A stretch of DNA of 64,000 nucleotides from Eubacteriales bacterium. Its GTDB lineage: Bacteria; Bacillota; Clostridia; Oscillospirales; CAG-272. Location of the stretch: contig JAVBPA010000001.1 in the NCBI GenBank assembly GCA_031549925.1, forward strand, positions 21,187 through 85,186, written 5' to 3'. Under the pieces are notes generated by a model, which saw only the letters and a program-made list of their open reading frames with translations, made no database searches and had not been told where the DNA came from. Within the stretch, counting starts at the first letter, position 1, and each line of letters opens with the position of its first letter. The position numbers and the translations under genes are program-made. Below, in pieces: positions 20,575 through 30,763 of the stretch.

Positions 20575-20681
20575 AGATAGATTTTATTTGTTTTGTAAAA
20601 AGATGTTTTGAAGCAATTATGTCATATTGTGAATGTTAATATAAAAATAATGAATATTATAATCCGGAGGATTTTGCGTTT

Positions 20682-22877
20682 ATGTACGCAGTTATTATGG
20701 CGGGCGGATCAGGCACCAGACTGCGTCCCCTGACAATGACAATGCCTAAACCATTAGTTCCTATAGCTAATAAATCGGCTCTTTTAAGAATTGCAGAGCA
20801 TTTATCAAAGCATGGGATTAAACGCGCGGCGGCAACTACATTTTATTTATCGGAACAAATAGAATACGCGGCTTCTCAAATAAATAATCTTGAAATAAAA
20901 TGTTTTAGAGAAACAAAACCGCTCGGAACAGCGGGAAGTGTAAGAGGAATTTTACCTTTTTTATCAGAAGATAACGAAGATTCATTTTTAGTTATCAGCG
21001 GAGATGCTGTTTGCAAAATAGATTTAACATCCGCTTTTGCTTTCCACCGTCAGCGTGACGCTGATATTACGATAATACTTTCAAAAGCGGAAGATCCTTC
21101 GGAATACGGCGTTGTGCTGTGCAGCTCTGACGGAAGAATAGAAAAATTCATCGAAAAACCGGGCGTTTCCCAAACGTTTGCAGATACTATAAATACAGGA
21201 ATATATATAATAAAACGCGAAATAATCGAAGCTTTAAACGAAGGCGAACCTTATGATTTCGGAAGAGATTTATTTCCGGCTGCTCTCTATGAAGGAAAAA
21301 AGCTGTTCGGATGCCGTGATAATAATTATTGGTGTGATGTCGGGGATTTAAACGCTTTTTATTCTTGCAATATAAAAATTGCTGAAGAAGAAGGTAAACT
21401 TGATAAAAATTATAATATAATAGGCGAAAATTGCTTTATATCTAATAATTCAAACATTAAAAACTGTGTTATTTTCGATAACGTAAAAATCGGTGAAGGC
21501 TGTTATGCGGAAAGTTCAATAATATGCGAAAATACAAATATCGGAGCAGGAGCTGTTATTAAAAAAGGTTGTGTTATAGGAGCCGGAAGCTTAATCGGAA
21601 ACAATGCCGTATTAAAAGAAGATTCGATAATTCAAAACAATACTGTAATAAAAAATGGAGCAGCGGTTATGGGTACTATAGCGTTCGGTGAAATAAAAGC
21701 CGATATCTTTTCTGACAGCGGAATGGTATTTGATATTTCATCTGTCACAACGGAATACATCGTCCGTATAGGAGCCGCGGTCGGCGGAGCGGTAAAAGAA
21801 CCGGTAGGAGTAATGAATAGCGGAAACGAAATGGAAAAGCATATCGGAAACGCTTTACTTTGCGGAATAAGCTCTTGTAATATTGCAATGGATATAAAAA
21901 CAGAAAACGGAGGCTATCATTCACTTGCTTCATTTTCCGCATGGAAGTTTAATTTAGGTATAGTTTTATTGGTTATTTGCGAATCAAAAACTGTTTCGAT
22001 AAAAATTTTTGATAAGAACAGTTTATATCCCGACAGAGCATTTGAAAGAAGCGTTGCAGCTTCAATGATTACCGGAAATACAAAAAACTGTTTAAATATC
22101 AATTATTCACCTTCAGAAATAAAGGTTCTTGACGGAGTTGAATTTTTATATAAAACAGATTTGCAAAAAAATATTTTTTCATTTAATAATATGAGTTGTA
22201 ATATTTTGGAGGAGAGCAGAGCCTCAAAATTATTATGCGAAATATTATCGGAAAAAGGCTGTACTGTAACTTGTGAAAGTAATATAAATATAAAAATAAC
22301 GGATAACGGAGCATCATGCGTTATATCAAATAACGATACAATATTTGATATGTGGCATATAATAGCTGTTATTTTACAAGATGAAATAGCAAATAGTGCT
22401 ATTCAAAAAATTGCTTTTCCGTATCATGCGCCTCCGGAACTTGAAAAAATAGCAAAAAACGGAGGGGTCGACGTAATTTATTATACGAGCTGTCCGTATG
22501 ACAACAGTGAATATGAAGCCAGAAAATTAACGGCTGAACAATTATGGACAAGAGATGCTTTTGCAGCTGTTTTAAAGTTTTTTTCGGTATTGTATAAAAG
22601 AAAAGTTTCATTGTCCGAGCTTTATAATTCCTTACCAGTATTTTATAGCACTAAAACCGAATATCAAGCGAATAAAATTAAGCTTTCAGATCTAGGTATA
22701 CCGGCACAGGAAGGTGTAGTAATAAATTATACCCTGGGTATCGTTAAAGTTATTCCAAAAAGAAACGGTGTTTATCGGTTATTTGCTAACGCTGCGGGAA
22801 CAGAAGCGGCAGAAGAAATACTTTCTCTCACAAAAAAGAAACTGGATATGATAACTAAAAATAAAAATAATATTTAA
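20682..22877 (+). CDS. Sugar-1-phosphate nucleotidyltransferase fused to left-handed beta-helix repeats and a phosphohexomutase-like C-terminal region
   Basis: N-terminal MAGGSGTRLRPLTMTMPKPLVPI. Hexapeptide repeats (NVKIGEGCYAESSIICENTNIGAGAVI..). The C-terminal ~400 aa has PGM/PMM-like length and layout, but ICESKTV sits where TASHNP is expected. Confidence 0.7.
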   Translation: MYAVIMAGGSGTRLRPLTMTMPKPLVPIANKSALLRIAEHLSKHGIKRAAATTFYLSEQIEYAASQINNLEIKCFRETKPLGTAGSVRGILPFLSEDNEDSFLVISGDAVCKIDLTSAFAFHRQRDADITIILSKAEDPSEYGVVLCSSDGRIEKFIEKPGVSQTFADTINTGIYIIKREIIEALNEGEPYDFGRDLFPAALYEGKKLFGCRDNNYWCDVGDLNAFYSCNIKIAEEEGKLDKNYNIIGENCFISNNSNIKNCVIFDNVKIGEGCYAESSIICENTNIGAGAVIKKGCVIGAGSLIGNNAVLKEDSIIQNNTVIKNGAAVMGTIAFGEIKADIFSDSGMVFDISSVTTEYIVRIGAAVGGAVKEPVGVMNSGNEMEKHIGNALLCGISSCNIAMDIKTENGGYHSLASFSAWKFNLGIVLLVICESKTVSIKIFDKNSLYPDRAFERSVAASMITGNTKNCLNINYSPSEIKVLDGVEFLYKTDLQKNIFSFNNMSCNILEESRASKLLCEILSEKGCTVTCESNINIKITDNGASCVISNNDTIFDMWHIIAVILQDEIANSAIQKIAFPYHAPPELEKIAKNGGVDVIYYTSCPYDNSEYEARKLTAEQLWTRDAFAAVLKFFSVLYKRKVSLSELYNSLPVFYSTKTEYQANKIKLSDLGIPAQEGVVINYTLGIVKVIPKRNGVYRLFANAAGTEAAEEILSLTKKKLDMITKNKNNI

Positions 22878-22977
22878 ATAGATTTATAAAAAAATTCATG
22901 TTAAAAATTTAAATTTTATTTCGAAAAGAATTCTGAAAAAACTTGTAAAAATTAAATAAATAATAAAATAAAGGATA

Positions 22978-23017
22978 AAACCAGTTAGTATATTACCGCC
23001 AACTGGTTTTTATTTTT
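22978..23017. terminator. Bidirectional intrinsic terminator
   Basis: Hairpin aaaccagtt/aactggttt followed by tttatttttc. It lies between convergent genes. Confidence 0.65.
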
Positions 23018-23051
23018 CGTAAATAAATTTTTTATAAATGCTATCTTGCGG

Positions 23052-23996
23052 TTAAAGAAGAGCAACTTCCGCGTCAATTCTATCAGCTATAGCTTTTTGA
23101 GTTCCGATATATTTTAAATAATAACTGTTTCCGTTTTCATCGGGATAAAAATTAGCGACACCCGCGTCGTCAATTTCAACCCGTCCAGCTTCTGTTATAT
23201 CAAAAATTCCGTCTGTTCCGAAAACCGCGTATAAAGCTGTTGCGGGATCCCACGAATCACGTCCGTTTTGAGAACCGTGAACTATAAAGGAAAGCGAATC
23301 TGCGTGTTCGCGCCCGCCTTTAGCGGTCATTTCAACGCCTGTAAGCATTTTATAACCGAGTTCAAAAGGACAAAAAACAAGCTTTACGGGAGATGTGGAA
23401 GCTACGGTTTGCGCTGCCGGAATATCACAATAAATATTCCATTCGGTAACAGCTCTTACAGTTCCGTCTTCATTTACAAATTCATTAACCGGGTTTATAT
23501 TATTTTGGTGACTGAAATTACATCCCATAATCGCAATTTCATCAACTTTTTGTTTAACTAGCTCGCGTCCGCTGAGAGGGGATATTTCGTCCGGCTGAGA
23601 ATCAAACAAAGCCGCGATATTTGTCAAAAATCCGGTAACTACCAAAGTTATATTATCATATTCATTTAAAAGTTTGCGGTAAAAAGCTACGGCACAATCT
23701 GTAGTTTCATATTTCGGAGTATCGTCGTTTGCAAAAGCGTTTGCTACAGCCGAAGCATATACATCAGATCTTGTTACAGTACCTTCCTTTATAGGAGCTC
23801 TTCCTATCGGAATGTTTCCGTAACCGTGTTGATTCAATATACAATGAATACACGGAACACCGCTCATAGCGTCGGCGGAATAAGCAACACCTACAAAATT
23901 TATTATATTGCGTTTATGCGCGGAAAGCAATAAATCAAGAGCCATGACGTCATCACAGTCGCCGCCTAAATCTGTATCAAAGATAATTGTTTTCAT
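23052..23996 (-). CDS. Nucleoside hydrolase (inosine/uridine-preferring family)
   Basis: N-terminal IIFDTDLGGDCDDVMAL is the DxDxxxDD fingerprint. Length is 314 aa. Confidence 0.85.
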   Translation of the reverse strand: MKTIIFDTDLGGDCDDVMALDLLLSAHKRNIINFVGVAYSADAMSGVPCIHCILNQHGYGNIPIGRAPIKEGTVTRSDVYASAVANAFANDDTPKYETTDCAVAFYRKLLNEYDNITLVVTGFLTNIAALFDSQPDEISPLSGRELVKQKVDEIAIMGCNFSHQNNINPVNEFVNEDGTVRAVTEWNIYCDIPAAQTVASTSPVKLVFCPFELGYKMLTGVEMTAKGGREHADSLSFIVHGSQNGRDSWDPATALYAVFGTDGIFDITEAGRVEIDDAGVANFYPDENGNSYYLKYIGTQKAIADRIDAEVALL

Positions 23997-24123
23997 AATT
24001 CGCCCTCAAATATTAATTTTTATATAGTTGACTTATATAACATCAGATTGTACAATATCATATAAATATTACCGCAATATTAAATAAATATATTTTTATA
24101 AAACAAACGGAATAAAAATCAAA

Positions 24124-25329
24124 ATGAAAATTAATTGGAACAATAAATATACCACAATAGCCATTTATGCTGCGATTGTATCTGCCGTTACAATTATCTG
24201 CATATTTATCGGAATTAATATTTCAGTTTTTTTATCATATTTAGGTAATATATTAAATGTAATAAATCCCTTGATTGTGGGATTTATTATCGCATATCTA
24301 TTTAATCCTATGATGAAAATGTTTGAAAATAAAGTTTATAAATTTGTTGAAAAAAAGAAGCCTCATCCTAAACTTAAAAGAGCATTTTCTATTATAACAA
24401 CATATTTGATATATGCAATAATTTTATCTCTTGTAATTGCTTTAATTATCCCGCAAGTTGTTGTCAGCTATAATGATTTGCTCGGTAAAATGGATATATA
24501 TATAAAATCTCTCGGAAATCTTTTGGATGATATTGACGGTAAACTTCCGTTTATAAATACAGATGAATTAATCGGTTATATAAACGAATTGCTTTCGGAT
24601 TCGTATTCTCTGATACAAAACATTACTCCCTATATAACCGGATTTTTTTCGGTGCTTGTTGATCAGCTGAAAAACGCATTTTTGGGAATTATTATTTCTA
24701 TTTATTTTTTAAGTTCAAAAGAAAAGTTAATAGCAATTGTAAAAAAATCAATGTTTGCTTTTTTAAAACGTGAAAAGGGTGAATCAATAATATCTTTTTT
24801 AAAATTTACTGACGATACATTCGGCGGATTTATAATAGGAAAACTGCTTGATTCATTGATTATTTTTATTTTGACTTTTATTGTCCTAGCTCTTTTTAAA
24901 ATGCCTTATTATCAATTAATAAGCGTTATCGTGGGCGTTACAAACGTGATACCGTTTTTCGGACCTTTTATCGGAGCAATACCCGGAGCGTTTATTATAT
25001 TGATAGCCAATCCTACGAAAGCTCTTTGGTTTATTATAATCATAGTAATTATACAGCAGATAGACGGAAATATTATAGGACCGAAAATATTGGGCGAAAC
25101 TACGGGATTATCATCTCTCGGCGTAATTGTTGCAATAACGGTTATGAGCGGATTGTTCGGAATTGTCGGAATGTTTATCGGAGTACCGATATTTGCGCTT
25201 CTTTATGTTTTTGTAAAGAAATTTATAAATTATATGGCTTACAAAAAGGGAATAGCCAGCATGGAGGATACGGAAACGATTAATCATGAAGGCGGAAATG
25301 TTTCTGATGAAAATGAAAGCGCGGAATAA
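24124..25329 (+). CDS. AI-2E family transporter (PerM/YhhT-like)
   Basis: About 8 TM segments. VTNVIPFFGPFIGAIPG motif region. Acidic C-terminal tail. Confidence 0.8.
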   Translation: MKINWNNKYTTIAIYAAIVSAVTIICIFIGINISVFLSYLGNILNVINPLIVGFIIAYLFNPMMKMFENKVYKFVEKKKPHPKLKRAFSIITTYLIYAIILSLVIALIIPQVVVSYNDLLGKMDIYIKSLGNLLDDIDGKLPFINTDELIGYINELLSDSYSLIQNITPYITGFFSVLVDQLKNAFLGIIISIYFLSSKEKLIAIVKKSMFAFLKREKGESIISFLKFTDDTFGGFIIGKLLDSLIIFILTFIVLALFKMPYYQLISVIVGVTNVIPFFGPFIGAIPGAFIILIANPTKALWFIIIIVIIQQIDGNIIGPKILGETTGLSSLGVIVAITVMSGLFGIVGMFIGVPIFALLYVFVKKFINYMAYKKGIASMEDTETINHEGGNVSDENESAE

Positions 25330-25331
25330 TA

Positions 25332-26669
25332 ATGAAAAATTTTAAATTCAATGAAAATTATAATACAATCGCGGTTTATGTGCTGCTTATTTTATTATGG
25401 AACGCGTTCTGCGTTGTTGTATGTATGAATATAGGCAACATCATATCAGGTTTATTCAAACTGCTTGATATTTTAAAGCCATTGATTTATGGTTTGGTTA
25501 TAGCGTTGATATTAAATCCGTTATATAAATTTATTGTAAACCGGGTATTTAATATTTTTGATAAAAAAATGCGGCATATGAATCTCAAACATATATTCGG
25601 ATTAATTATAACTTATTTATTAATAATTTCCGCTGTTACATTGCTTATTTTAATCGTAATTCCGCAGGCAGCGAAAAGCTATACCGATCTTCAGTCTAAA
25701 ATAACCGTATATATTAATGAAGCGCAAAATTTTATCGACAGAATTCTTTCCAATATACCTGCTATAGATATTATGTTTAAAAGTCCTTCGGCGGGCACAA
25801 TAAAACCTGTTCCGATAAAAAATCAGGACGGAAGCATCCCCTCTCTCATATTTTTTAATGTTGAACAAGCCGTTTCAAGTAAAATGTATAGCGAAATAAT
25901 AAATCAATATAAAAATTCAGCGCATTTCAATATAGCGGGATTTTTAAATAAATTGATTGTAAATTCATACGAAATATTTACTAATATAACTCCGTATATA
26001 TTTTCTTCGGTTATGTCTGTTTTTACCGAAGTAAAAAATATTATTTTAGGATTAATTATATCAATATATTATCTTGCCGCACAAAAAAAGTTTACAGCCT
26101 CTATCAAGTATATAATGAAAATATTTTTACCTTCATCTCTTTGCGAAAAATTAAACGAATCCGTGATAATTATAAACAGAATTTTTATACAGTTTATAAA
26201 CGGTAAAATAATTGATGCGATAATTATCGGAATACTTTGTTTTATATTTATGACTATCATAGGTATGCCTTATGCTCCTTTGATTGGGCTTATAGTCGGT
26301 ATAACAAACATAATTCCGTATATCGGTCCGTTTTTGGGAGCAATTCCCGGAGTATTTATAATTTTTGTAGCCGATCCTTTTATGGTAATATGGTTTATTT
26401 TATTGATAATAGGTCTTCAGCAGCTTGACAGTTATGTTATTGAACCGTATATCTTGCAAGGGCAAATAAGCCTTGATTCTATTTGGATAATTATATCAGT
26501 GATAATTATGGGTGGTTTTTTAGGAATACCCGGGCTTTTGATAGGAGTTCCCGTATTTGCGATAATATACACATTTTTTAAACAATATATAGAAAAACGC
26601 TTGATAAACCGAAACCTCCCCAATAAAACTTCCGACTGGATTAATATAAATACAAAAGAAATGCTTTAA
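25332..26669 (+). CDS. AI-2E family transporter, tandem paralog with a larger extracellular loop
   Basis: ITNIIPYIGPFLGAIPG. Same architecture as the upstream gene. It starts 2 nt after that gene's stop. Confidence 0.8.
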   Translation: MKNFKFNENYNTIAVYVLLILLWNAFCVVVCMNIGNIISGLFKLLDILKPLIYGLVIALILNPLYKFIVNRVFNIFDKKMRHMNLKHIFGLIITYLLIISAVTLLILIVIPQAAKSYTDLQSKITVYINEAQNFIDRILSNIPAIDIMFKSPSAGTIKPVPIKNQDGSIPSLIFFNVEQAVSSKMYSEIINQYKNSAHFNIAGFLNKLIVNSYEIFTNITPYIFSSVMSVFTEVKNIILGLIISIYYLAAQKKFTASIKYIMKIFLPSSLCEKLNESVIIINRIFIQFINGKIIDAIIIGILCFIFMTIIGMPYAPLIGLIVGITNIIPYIGPFLGAIPGVFIIFVADPFMVIWFILLIIGLQQLDSYVIEPYILQGQISLDSIWIIISVIIMGGFLGIPGLLIGVPVFAIIYTFFKQYIEKRLINRNLPNKTSDWININTKEML

Positions 26670-26695
26670 ATATTTTTTATATTTTCAAATTAAAA

Positions 26696-26733
26696 ATGAC
26701 CGGTAGACAAGAAGTTTACCGGTCATAGTTTTA
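26696..26733 (+). terminator. Terminator-like hairpin
   Basis: Hairpin atgaccggta/taccggtcat followed by agtttta, a weak T-run. Confidence 0.45.
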
Positions 26734-26790
26734 AAAAAGTATATTGGGTAAATTTTACAGCAAAAATATCGGGAATGACTTGTTTTCAGA

Positions 26791-26835
26791 GTTTTGCGGA
26801 GCTTTTTCAAAAGCTACCGCGTCTCCGTAACTCCC
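26791..26835 (+). repeat. REP-like hairpin element, copy B
   Basis: gttttgcggagctttttcaaaagctaccgcgtctccgtaactccc. The internal hairpin is gcggAGCTTTT-tc-AAAAGCTaccgc. Confidence 0.7.
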
Positions 26836-26862
26836 TATAATCAGACTGTAATTTAAAATATA

Positions 26863-28524
26863 TTACCGCCTGTGTTTTATATTGCGCATCCTTGTATGAA
26901 TGTACAAAGTACTTAAATATAAAATAAAAGCAATTATAAACAATCCAATTGAAATACTTATTATAAAGTTTTTTATATCCATTAACAAAATCGCCTTGTA
27001 AGCATTGGAAGCCGCAATCGTAGCATAAATTTCACTGTTTGAAAAAGGTTGAATTATTACATAAGCTACGCATATTACTCCGGCTGATAAAAATACTTTT
27101 ATTAATAAATTAATCATTTCATACAGTGATTTTCCGGAAATATAATTTAATACTGCATATGTTAAAACAGAAACATTTATTAGCACGAATAAAAATGTAA
27201 AAACATTCGGAATTTCTTTATATAATCTGAATATTTTGATATCATTTGATAATCTTGTTATAACAATATCTCTTCTTGTCATTGATAAACCGTCTTTTGA
27301 AACAGCTTCAATGATAAAATTGTTTTTCCCTCTTGATAGGGAGACTGTATGAGAATAATCTCCGTCTATATTTTTTTCGATTTCTAAATTGTTTATATAT
27401 ATTTTCGCGTTTTTATCGGTTTTTCCGTTTATATGTGTATTAATGTCATAAATAGGTTCAATATTCGAACTTATATTAATTTCCGGAGGGTAAAATATAT
27501 CAATATTTTTGTATATTATAGCTACTTCAGGAAGGATTGCTTCTGTTGATATTTTAAAATATACAAAATCATTGTTTAAAATTGTTGTTAAATTTTTTGA
27601 ATTTGTCTTAATTTTTGAACTTTTTGTATTTAACAATTCTTCTGCCGGAATTGAATCATTATCAATAGATGAGTTACCGTTAAAAAAGATTTCAATATGA
27701 TCGGGTAATATAAGAATTTCAGGATTTTCCAAAACAAGCTGTCCGATGATAATTTTATCTATTGTGTTTTTTTCACCAAGAATGATATTTCCGTCAAAAA
27801 TAAATTCCACAAGATTTATATATTCGCTTTTATAACGTATATATGCGCTATCCGATGTTGTAATCGTATATAAATTTGTTTCCTCTGAATAATTATATTC
27901 GATATTTCCTTTAAATATTAGGCTGTTGAAATTAACATAATCATATAAAACGTTTTCATCTGCGGAATATGAGTGAAAAGTGTAATCACCCAATAAGGTC
28001 GCTTTTTTATTTTCGTTTTGTAAAAATGTTTCTGATAACTTGTTTTCGGTTATATTTTTTTTGACATCGCTAATACCTAGATTTATATTTATAGATTCGA
28101 GCAGAGTACTCATTTTTTCTATATCTGCGTTGTTTTCCGGATGAGAATCTTTTATTCTTCTCCATAATTCGGCACTTGTTGTGTTTTTATATTGAAGTTC
28201 CAACATATTCTGCGCGTAAGGATTATTTTCAGTATAATTTAACAGCCGTTCATAATCTTTCGTTTTTACATTAATTAATTCATCTTTTAAATAACTCGTA
28301 TTATTCAAATAATTTTCAGTTGATGTAATAACCTCATCAATTGACATATCAATATAATCATTATATAAAAATGAAGCCGAAAAAAATACTATTGTAAAAA
28401 CCACAAAGACCGATAATAATATCGTCAGAGAAATTTTTTTCTTAGTTCTAAGCAGTTTTATAATTATTAAAATTATAGGTATTATGAGACCTGCTGCTAT
28501 CTGCAAACATATTGTTTTTGTCAT
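26863..28524 (-). CDS. Large membrane protein with an extracytoplasmic middle domain (hypothetical)
   Basis: Two N-terminal and about four C-terminal TM segments. The middle contains an Ig-like segment, KIYINNLEIEKNIDGDYSHTVSLSRGKNNFIIEAVSKDG. Confidence 0.5.
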   Translation of the reverse strand: MTKTICLQIAAGLIIPIILIIIKLLRTKKKISLTILLSVFVVFTIVFFSASFLYNDYIDMSIDEVITSTENYLNNTSYLKDELINVKTKDYERLLNYTENNPYAQNMLELQYKNTTSAELWRRIKDSHPENNADIEKMSTLLESININLGISDVKKNITENKLSETFLQNENKKATLLGDYTFHSYSADENVLYDYVNFNSLIFKGNIEYNYSEETNLYTITTSDSAYIRYKSEYINLVEFIFDGNIILGEKNTIDKIIIGQLVLENPEILILPDHIEIFFNGNSSIDNDSIPAEELLNTKSSKIKTNSKNLTTILNNDFVYFKISTEAILPEVAIIYKNIDIFYPPEINISSNIEPIYDINTHINGKTDKNAKIYINNLEIEKNIDGDYSHTVSLSRGKNNFIIEAVSKDGLSMTRRDIVITRLSNDIKIFRLYKEIPNVFTFLFVLINVSVLTYAVLNYISGKSLYEMINLLIKVFLSAGVICVAYVIIQPFSNSEIYATIAASNAYKAILLMDIKNFIISISIGLFIIAFILYLSTLYIHTRMRNIKHRR

Positions 28525-28550
28525 TTAATAAATTTCCATGTTTTTTGTCT

Positions 28551-29387
28551 TTAATTTATTGAATCTATTATATTGTTAATAAAATTTTTTGAGTTAACAA
28601 GATTTTTATACCAATCAGTATTTTCGTTATACCAAATTTCGGCGTTGAAAATTCTGACGCCTAATAAATATAATGTTTTTATACTGTTATAAAAATCAAC
28701 ATGACCTTCCCCGAATTGTAAATTACGGTATATACCGGGGGCTGTTTCTTTTATGTGCGCCGCTGCTATGTGACCTGCGCCGCAAGATAAATCATCAATT
28801 ACATCAACTTTTGAATTGGTAATGTTCCCGATATCCGGATATACCTTGAGAAAAGGAGAATTTATTCTATTTACATAATCCATCGCTTTGTGGGTTGTGT
28901 TCATAAAATCGTTTTCCATAGTTTCAAAAGCCAGTATGACACCGTATTTCGCCGCGTATTCCACACAGATTTTTAAATTTTCCAAAAAACAACTGCGTGT
29001 TTCAACAGTAGATTCTTCATACCAAACGTCATATCCGGCAAGCTGTATTATCCTTATTCCTATTTCACACGATAAATGAACAGCTTTTTTCAATATTTCA
29101 ACCGATTTGGTTCGTGTTTCTGTGTTTGCGCTTCCGAGAGGATATTTTCTGTGTCCGCTTAGACACATCGTCATAATATTTATGCCAGTATCCTGTTTTG
29201 ATAAAAATATTTCATTTGACAAAGCTTTTATATTATCAAGACGGGATAAACGTTCATCTGTTTCGTCAATAGATATTTCAATAGAATCATATCCGGCTGA
29301 TGCTGCATGTTCAAACTTTTGCCGCCAGGTTAAAACCGGCGGCATGGCTTTTTCGTAAACCGAAAGCGTAAAATTTTTATTGTTCAT
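28551..29387 (-). CDS. L-ribulose-5-P/L-xylulose-5-P 3-epimerase-like TIM-barrel enzyme (UlaE/SgbU family)
   Basis: LSVYEKAMPPVLTWRQKFEHAASAGYDSIEISIDETDERLSRLD closely follows the UlaE/SgbU N-terminus. Confidence 0.7.
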   Translation of the reverse strand: MNNKNFTLSVYEKAMPPVLTWRQKFEHAASAGYDSIEISIDETDERLSRLDNIKALSNEIFLSKQDTGINIMTMCLSGHRKYPLGSANTETRTKSVEILKKAVHLSCEIGIRIIQLAGYDVWYEESTVETRSCFLENLKICVEYAAKYGVILAFETMENDFMNTTHKAMDYVNRINSPFLKVYPDIGNITNSKVDVIDDLSCGAGHIAAAHIKETAPGIYRNLQFGEGHVDFYNSIKTLYLLGVRIFNAEIWYNENTDWYKNLVNSKNFINNIIDSIN

Positions 29388-30591
29388 TTGCTGGTTTTAT
29401 AACTCCCGGTGTTTGTTTATTGGCAGGGAAATGTCTTAGAATAACCAAAGGTTCCCATTCACTGCTGTTGGTAATTGATACACCGGATTTTGCTGCTTCT
29501 ATTCCGATAAAATATTCATCTGATGATAATTGTCCGTATCGAAGAAGCGTCGGAGTTTCACATTTATAATTACCTATTATGCCGTTTCCCTGAATTAATA
29601 TACATCCGTATGCGAAATCATCTTTTAGTACGATTGATTTTCCGGGATTTATAACAAGCTCACGGGCAGCTACATAATCGTTTCCGTAAGAAACCCATTT
29701 TTCCAAATAATTTTCATTCGATATTATTTCAACCGGAGGACGGAAAAATGTTTTTCGGTAGTGAGGATCAATGTTTTTTTTCCAGTCAAGCAATGATAAA
29801 ATATAATCCAAATCATATTTTTTATCATCGGGACAATTTTCGCTTAAAAAGCTGTAATCATATATTTCATTGTCGGTTATGTTTTCATATACAGAATTAA
29901 CGTCCGAATTCCATTGAGGTTCATATGTCAAATAAGAACCCGGTGCGTGAATGACTCCCGGAGGAGTATACCATCCTGTTCCAAGCTGTATACGGTATGC
30001 TCTTGATAATTCTGTTATACGCGTATCGTTTTTTACATAATCCGCCAGACGTGCTTTTATTTCTTCTTTTGTTATATCGGGGTCAAAACCGAAATAAGTA
30101 TGCGGAAATTTTCCGGGATAGTTGTTATACTGCGGCGGATAATAATACGCCTCGGGTTTTCCGAGTTTTCCCACGCGGGCAGCCGCTTCAAAACCGAGAT
30201 GTAAATGATGGAACAGAGGTCCTTCATAATCAAAAAATTTTGAATACATCGGCCAGGTACCGTATTTGTCAAATAACGAACCTATTAATTTGCTCCCTAA
30301 TACTTCAACAAAACTTCTGAGCGATATTTTATTTTCCGGTTTGGAATCAACATTAACATAGCTAAGTCCTTCGTCAGGAGCAGCTAGAGGACCGTTCATA
30401 GCGCATATGACAGACGAAAACCAACGTTCCTTTATCGAACCGCGTTCTGTACCGAGTGCAAAGTAATCATCCGGATGAAGCTTTAAACGGTGTCCGGCTG
30501 AACCGAAACGCCGTGGTACAAATATTGGTATCAAACGCAGTATTCCGCCGTTAGATTCGAATAAAGAATTTATTATATCGGAATTATTCAT
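29377..30591 (-). CDS. Cupin-type sugar isomerase-like protein (class I phosphomannose-isomerase-like), function uncertain
   Basis: 404-aa ORF overlapping the downstream epimerase gene by 11 nt. The call rests on His-containing segments (GHRLKLHPDD, FHHLH, GVIHAPG) and the operon context only. Confidence 0.35.
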   Translation of the reverse strand: MNNSDIINSLFESNGGILRLIPIFVPRRFGSAGHRLKLHPDDYFALGTERGSIKERWFSSVICAMNGPLAAPDEGLSYVNVDSKPENKISLRSFVEVLGSKLIGSLFDKYGTWPMYSKFFDYEGPLFHHLHLGFEAAARVGKLGKPEAYYYPPQYNNYPGKFPHTYFGFDPDITKEEIKARLADYVKNDTRITELSRAYRIQLGTGWYTPPGVIHAPGSYLTYEPQWNSDVNSVYENITDNEIYDYSFLSENCPDDKKYDLDYILSLLDWKKNIDPHYRKTFFRPPVEIISNENYLEKWVSYGNDYVAARELVINPGKSIVLKDDFAYGCILIQGNGIIGNYKCETPTLLRYGQLSSDEYFIGIEAAKSGVSITNSSEWEPLVILRHFPANKQTPGVIKPANEQ

Positions 30592-30763
30592 ATTTGAAAT
30601 AACCTCATAATTTTAATTTAATCATGATGACATTATCCATGTGTAATTGTATACTATTTATTTACAAAAATCAACACATAATTATAAAAATATAGAAATA
30701 TTAACTTGATTTTACTAATTTGATAAAATTGAGTATTAAATTTAAAAATAAAAATTTAAAATT

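Noticed and set aside
20298-20681. Possible small gene or RNA in the 384-bp divergent GH36/nucleotidyltransferase spacer
   Set aside because: There is no ORF with an RBS and no convincing structure. Only the atcaagt heptamer repeat is notable, and it is listed as a repeat.
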